A stretch of DNA of 61,323 bases from a virus (taxonomy: Duplodnaviria > Caudoviricetes), in IMG/VR virus record IMGVR_UViG_3300044714_000062, positions 1-61,323 of that record, one strand, 5' to 3'. Shown one piece after another: positions 57,111-61,323 of the stretch. Made by a program: the position numbers and the translations under genes. A model generated the notes under the pieces. The model worked only from the letters and a program-made list of their open reading frames with translations, had not been told where the DNA came from and ran no database searches. Each line of letters opens with the position of its first letter. Positions within the stretch are counted from its first letter, which is position 1.

Positions 57111-57720
57111 TGGTCTCTCCTATCGTTGATGGTCGTTTGAAAAACGGGCGGCACTCCTCGCAGAACGCGCCGAGGATCAGCTCGTGGTCATCGAGGGGGG
57201 CATCGCATTCCACGCACGTCAAGACCTGGTCGTCGCCGTACACTTCCGGCCCCACGACCATATCCTCATCAGTTAGGTCACGCTCGATCACGGCTGCCCC
57301 TTCCTACGCCGGTGCTCCCGGATCTCAGCGTCAGCGATTTTCGCCACAACACAAAGACACGCGGTGAGCAAACACAAGCCCGTCACCACGAGGAGGGCGA
57401 CGATCCCGACGAGTTCTCCAATCGAGCCCATCAGGTGCCACTCTCGATCGTCTGAGGGCCGGCCGTCCGCGGGTCCCACGAGCCACGCTCGAACTCCGGG
57501 ACACCCATCGCTTCAAAGTCACCCGACGGCGTCGCTTCCTGCGCGCTGACCGTCGCTTGCTGTTTCCGAGAAAGCCCCACGGTGTGCCCCGTCGCACAAC
57601 AGTGGTCGCGTGCCCGACTGATCGCCTGCGGTGCGCTCAACGCCCTCGCGGACCAGTCACAGTCCTGGCATACGGCGCTCGCGTTCCGCGTCTCCCACAG
57701 CGCGACCAGAGTCCGCCTGC

Positions 57721-58539
57721 TCATCGGGACCCTACCTCCAAACGCAACTGCGGTGTCAACCCATCAAGCAGCCGTGTACGCCACCGTCGGGCGTACTCGA
57801 TGCAGTTCGCACAGTTCAAGTGCTGCTCACGGCAGAACGGCAGCGGAGGAGACCTGCGCGCCTGGAAGGACCACGCCATCGAATCGGCGCTCGTCAACAC
57901 GTCCGCGAAGTTCGCCAACCCCCGCACCTTGACCCCAAAAGCGTGGACACTGATCCCGCGCTCGACGATGCACCGGATGATGTCCTCAATCTCCCCCGTC
58001 GCCTGGCGGCGGCAGACCGAGCCGACACCCACAACCGGCTCTTCGCGGAGGTCGATGCCGGCGACGCCATACATGTCGATGCACCGCTCGTAGTCGTCGA
58101 GTGCCCAGCCCTGCAGGACGGGGATGAACGGCAACTCGGGGGCGCGCTCGCGGAGATCGAGGAGGTTCCGGACGGTGCGCTCCTGATGCTCCCGCACACT
58201 CAAGCCGGTCTTGGCGAGCATCACAGGCTCGCACATCCAGTCCATCGGGGCCGCCCAATCCAGACTCCCGATCTCCCGCGCGTACCGCTCGACAGCCTCG
58301 ACGTACTCCTCGGCCGTCGTCTCCCAAGCACCGAACAGTGAGAGCTCGCTGAAGCCACCCGAGTCCAACGCCCACTGGCACTGAGCGGCCGGGAGCGTCT
58401 TGTAGTCCCGCAGCCGCCGGTGACTGACGAACATGGGGCCGACCGATGGGTGGCGCCAAAGCCACCCTGGCCGGTGGGTGCCGAGATAGAACTCAAACTC
58501 GGCCTCGGCCTGCTCACGGGTCAGCACCGGGCGGATCAC
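57721..58539 (-). CDS. dpdA: DpdA / tRNA-guanine transglycosylase-like protein
   Basis: LDSGGF, DWMCEP, PVLQG, GVGSVCRR, HAFG, ADSMAWS, C-terminal C..H.NCANC. Confidence 0.8.
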   Translation of the reverse strand: MIRPVLTREQAEAEFEFYLGTHRPGWLWRHPSVGPMFVSHRRLRDYKTLPAAQCQWALDSGGFSELSLFGAWETTAEEYVEAVERYAREIGSLDWAAPMDWMCEPVMLAKTGLSVREHQERTVRNLLDLRERAPELPFIPVLQGWALDDYERCIDMYGVAGIDLREEPVVGVGSVCRRQATGEIEDIIRCIVERGISVHAFGVKVRGLANFADVLTSADSMAWSFQARRSPPLPFCREQHLNCANCIEYARRWRTRLLDGLTPQLRLEVGSR

Positions 58540-58868
58540 AAGACCCCTTCCGCGAGATCGGCCCAGCGTCGAAGATCCACCTGCACCTGGCGAGGATCTT
58601 CCCCGGGATTCGGGACACCATCCGGGCGCACGATGCTTGAGACGCCGCGCTCATCATCGATTTTGTCCAGCCAGTCGGCGAGGAGGCGCAGCTTGACGGG
58701 ATCAGGAAGTGCGCGGCGTGCCTCGGCGAGCTGGGCCTCGGCCCGCTCAGCACGCTCCGTCACCCGCTGGAGGAGATCCCCGCATCCCTTATGGGTAGGG
58801 ATCGTGTGGCCCTGTCGTGCTTCTCGATCGCCGTCCGCCGCCGGACCCAGCAAATCCCGGCCGGTCAC
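58536..58868 (-). CDS. Hypothetical protein
   Basis: Coupled ORF. Confidence 0.5.
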   Translation of the reverse strand: MTGRDLLGPAADGDREARQGHTIPTHKGCGDLLQRVTERAERAEAQLAEARRALPDPVKLRLLADWLDKIDDERGVSSIVRPDGVPNPGEDPRQVQVDLRRWADLAEGVL

Positions 58869-59553
58869 GATCGACGCCCCTTCGCGGTCTCGCGGTCAAC
58901 GTGCAGGTTGTTTGCGAGCCTGACCCGGGCCGTATGCGGAGACTCAACTGGATCGTGCCAGACCCGGCTCACGCACCCGCGTCCCTTGGGCTGGCCGCAG
59001 AACGGGCACGGGACGTTGACCACTGACACGCCTGGGAGTGGCTTGACGACCCTACTCATGCGGCACGCTCCTCGTGCTCGGGTTCCCGGACAGGACACCC
59101 CGGCGACCCAGGCAGCGGCCGGGCAAGCGGGGAAGGACAGAAAGACCGGCCCGCCTTCCGAGAGCGCGTCGCCTTCGGCAACGCCAAGAGCTCGTCGGCT
59201 TCACCCGGGTCCGTTGGCTGCATGTTGAGATACCAGCGGTCGCTCACGACTTCCCTCGCTTTGCGTGAGGGCAGTGAGGGTTGGGGCACTCCATCCGACC
59301 TTCGAGGCTGCGCACTACACCGCGGCCGAGGCACACCCAGCAGCGCATATCGCGCCAGTGATGTAGGAATGTCACGCTGCGCTCCTTCCAGAGAGAGACC
59401 GAGCCGCGAAGGGACGAGGCCCCAAAGCCTCCTTAGCCAGGTCGCGCAGGCGCTCACATCCTTTGCAGTCACAGCCCAGGGTCGTGAGGCCGATCCTCGC
59501 GTTCGCGGCATGGACACGCTCGAACTCCGCCGGGCTCAGGGCTGCCGCGGCCA

Positions 59554-60393
59554 TCACGCGGCCTTCCGCTCCGACTCGCCCAAACGGACCATGCTCTCCA
59601 GCAACCCCAGGGCGCTCGACTGCAACTCGACCTTCGTAGGCTCAAGAGCGGCCCTCGCAGCGGCCCTCGCAGCGGCCCCCGTAGCGGCCCCCGTAGCGGC
59701 CCTCGCAGCGGCCCTCGCAGCGGCCCCCGTAGCGGCCCCCGTAGCGGCCCTCGCAGCGGCCCCCGTAGCGGCCCCCGTAGCGGCCCACGCAGCGGCCCCC
59801 GTAGCGGCCCCCGTAGCGGCCCACGCAGCGGCCCCCGCAGCGGCCCTCGCAGCGGCCCACGCAGCGGCCCCCGTAGCGGCCCCCGTAGCGGCCCACGCAG
59901 CGGCCCCCGCAGCGGCCCACGCAGCGGCCCCCGCAGCGGCCCACGCAGCGGCCCCCGCAGATTGTGCCTTGTTGATCGTGGCCTGCGCGGAACGCGCGGC
60001 CTCCACATCGACCAACGGAGAAAGGGCGCGGAGCGCCGCTGGCGACTCCTTGACGCCCGCAAGTTCGAGCCACGCAGGCGCCCACACGCGGACCAGCCAA
60101 TCCGTGACGAGCCACGCGCGCTCCTCATCATGCCCGTCACCCGCGGTCCCGATGGTGCGTGGGAGGAACGGCTTGAGTTTCTGCCGGCCCTCGTCGTCCA
60201 AGCCGTCGTTCCAGTCACGCAGAAACGCGCCGAGGACCGGGCTCAGGCACGCCGGGTGGTCGCTGAACGGCTCGTCAGCGAGCCACGACACCAACTCCGT
60301 CGCGCAGTGGCCCTGCTCAAAGCTGGCGTGGTTTGAGCAGTCCAGGGTCAGCTTGTCGAGCAGCACGAGACGATCCCGCACAAGCGGAGTCAT
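59554..60393 (-). CDS. Ala-rich tetrapeptide-repeat protein
   Basis: C..E..SWL..EPFSDHP.C.SPV domain followed by 26 (G/W/R)AA(A/T) units. Confidence 0.85.
   Translation of the reverse strand: MTPLVRDRLVLLDKLTLDCSNHASFEQGHCATELVSWLADEPFSDHPACLSPVLGAFLRDWNDGLDDEGRQKLKPFLPRTIGTAGDGHDEERAWLVTDWLVRVWAPAWLELAGVKESPAALRALSPLVDVEAARSAQATINKAQSAGAAAWAAAGAAAWAAAGAAAWAATGAATGAAAWAAARAAAGAAAWAATGAATGAAAWAATGAATGAAARAATGAATGAAARAAARAATGAATGAAARAAARAALEPTKVELQSSALGLLESMVRLGESERKAA
59647..59958. repeat. 12-bp tandem repeat x26
   Basis: AGCGGCCC(C/T/A)CG(C/T) units. Confidence 0.95.
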
Positions 60394-60626
60394 GCCGCTG
60401 CCGCCTTCCGGTCGGCGTCGGGCCATAGCTCCTCGACCGGGGCCTGCACCACCCGGGCGATCTGCTCACGACGCTCCGGCTTAGGCGTGTACTCACCAAT
60501 GATCCACGCCCGGGCGTTCTGCCGGTCCACGCCCAACGCCCTTGCCAAAGCGGCTTGGCTCATCCCGATCCGCTCCAGCACTTCCCGGAGAGGGGTCGGC
60601 GGGTCACTAGCGAGCTTCGGAGGCAT
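60390..60626 (-). CDS. XRE-family HTH (Cro-like)
   Basis: GMSQAALARALGV......W..G...P......IA.......ELWP. Confidence 0.85.
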   Translation of the reverse strand: MPPKLASDPPTPLREVLERIGMSQAALARALGVDRQNARAWIIGEYTPKPERREQIARVVQAPVEELWPDADRKAAAA

Positions 60627-60931
60627 CACGCAGCCCTCGGTGGTGGCGTGCTAAAAGAGGTCAGGCAGAACTCCATCGGGTTGATCTCGCCCTCGGCTAG
60701 CGCCTCCTCTACGTCGCGCAGGAAGTTCGCGGCGTTGCTCACCGCGTTGCAGTTGCCGCCGATCGAGGTCTTCACGGTTAGGTGCTCCTCGTGGTGCACG
60801 CACTCGTAGTCGCTCAGCAGGTCCGCGGCCCACTCCTCCACGGGGCCGAGTTCAAGCGTCAGATGCACCGTGTCCCGCAATTGGGGCACGCGCTGGTCAG
60901 GCTTCATCGCGCTCTTGGGATGGTTGCTCAC
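60626..60931 (-). CDS. Hypothetical protein
   Basis: Coupled ORF. Confidence 0.5.
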   Translation of the reverse strand: MSNHPKSAMKPDQRVPQLRDTVHLTLELGPVEEWAADLLSDYECVHHEEHLTVKTSIGGNCNAVSNAANFLRDVEEALAEGEINPMEFCLTSFSTPPPRAA

Positions 60932-61152
60932 GAGATCGCCCCCTGGGTGAGGTGCCTGCGACAGAGAGCACAGATGCGGCTATCGGCGATTAGGTGCCGG
61001 GAACTGGGGTCCGCAAAGACAGACGACCGACCATGGCCGTTCGCCCCACAGACTGTGCTGCCGCCTTTGAGCGCGACGTGCCACTTGCTTGAGGGTCCGA
61101 GTGTCCCAAACCGGATCAGTGCCGCCTCTGCGAGTGCGGTTTTTGTGGGCAA
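60928..61152 (-). CDS. First early gene, small Zn-binding protein
   Basis: GAAGGA RBS; WH..CG..CALC. Confidence 0.55.
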   Translation of the reverse strand: MPTKTALAEAALIRFGTLGPSSKWHVALKGGSTVCGANGHGRSSVFADPSSRHLIADSRICALCRRHLTQGAIS

Positions 61153-61196
61153 CGCACTATCCTTCCGATTGTTAGTGGCGTTCTGTCGGTCGGTAA

Positions 61197-61323
61197 TGGA
61201 TCTTACCGGGCGACAGCCGTTGTTACCGTGCGATGAGCCATCTTACCGCACCCTTCCCGCCCATGTCAAGGGCTCCGGCATAATTTTTTTGAGCGGTGCG
61301 CATCTGCCCCTCGAACCGCTCCC
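61197..61323. repeat. Terminal direct repeat, copy 2
   Basis: Identical to 1-127. Confidence 0.95.

Noticed and set aside
59647-59958. CRISPR array (also 48061-48240)
   Set aside because: Contiguous in-frame coding repeats with no unique spacers and no cas genes
61197-61323. Biological terminal repeat or attL/attR
   Set aside because: Exactly 127 nt at the contig ends and cutting through the integrase; best explained as assembler overlap

Overview
The window looks like a complete, circularly assembled ~61.2 kb high-GC temperate phage genome: bases 1-127 are repeated exactly at 61197-61323. It has an HK97-type head module and a contractile tail (sheath, tube, short tape measure, baseplate J). 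Almost all genes are on the minus strand. Reading from the window end backwards: early/replication genes (Cro-like HTH, DpdA/TGT-like protein, annealing protein, MazG-like protein, split replication initiator, actinobacterial IHF-like protein, RNA ligase-like protein), packaging (HNH, TerS, TerL, portal, protease), two capsid paralogues, a neck/fibre module, tail, baseplate, lysis genes, and a tyrosine integrase. The host is probably an actinobacterium, possibly Thermoleophilia (inference only). The most unusual items are: two HK97-fold capsid paralogues; a putative repeat-scaffolded neck filament with LYP motifs and enzyme/fibre partners sharing an N-terminal anchor; a papain-family protease whose catalytic segments are non-circularly permuted; an orphan DpdA-like DNA base-exchange enzyme; two candidate -1 frameshifts; a 20-bp-phased operator array inside the integrase 3' end with no visible cI; and an inverted-repeat-bounded degenerate IS with passenger genes. 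All family calls are from motif recognition by eye; no searches were run.
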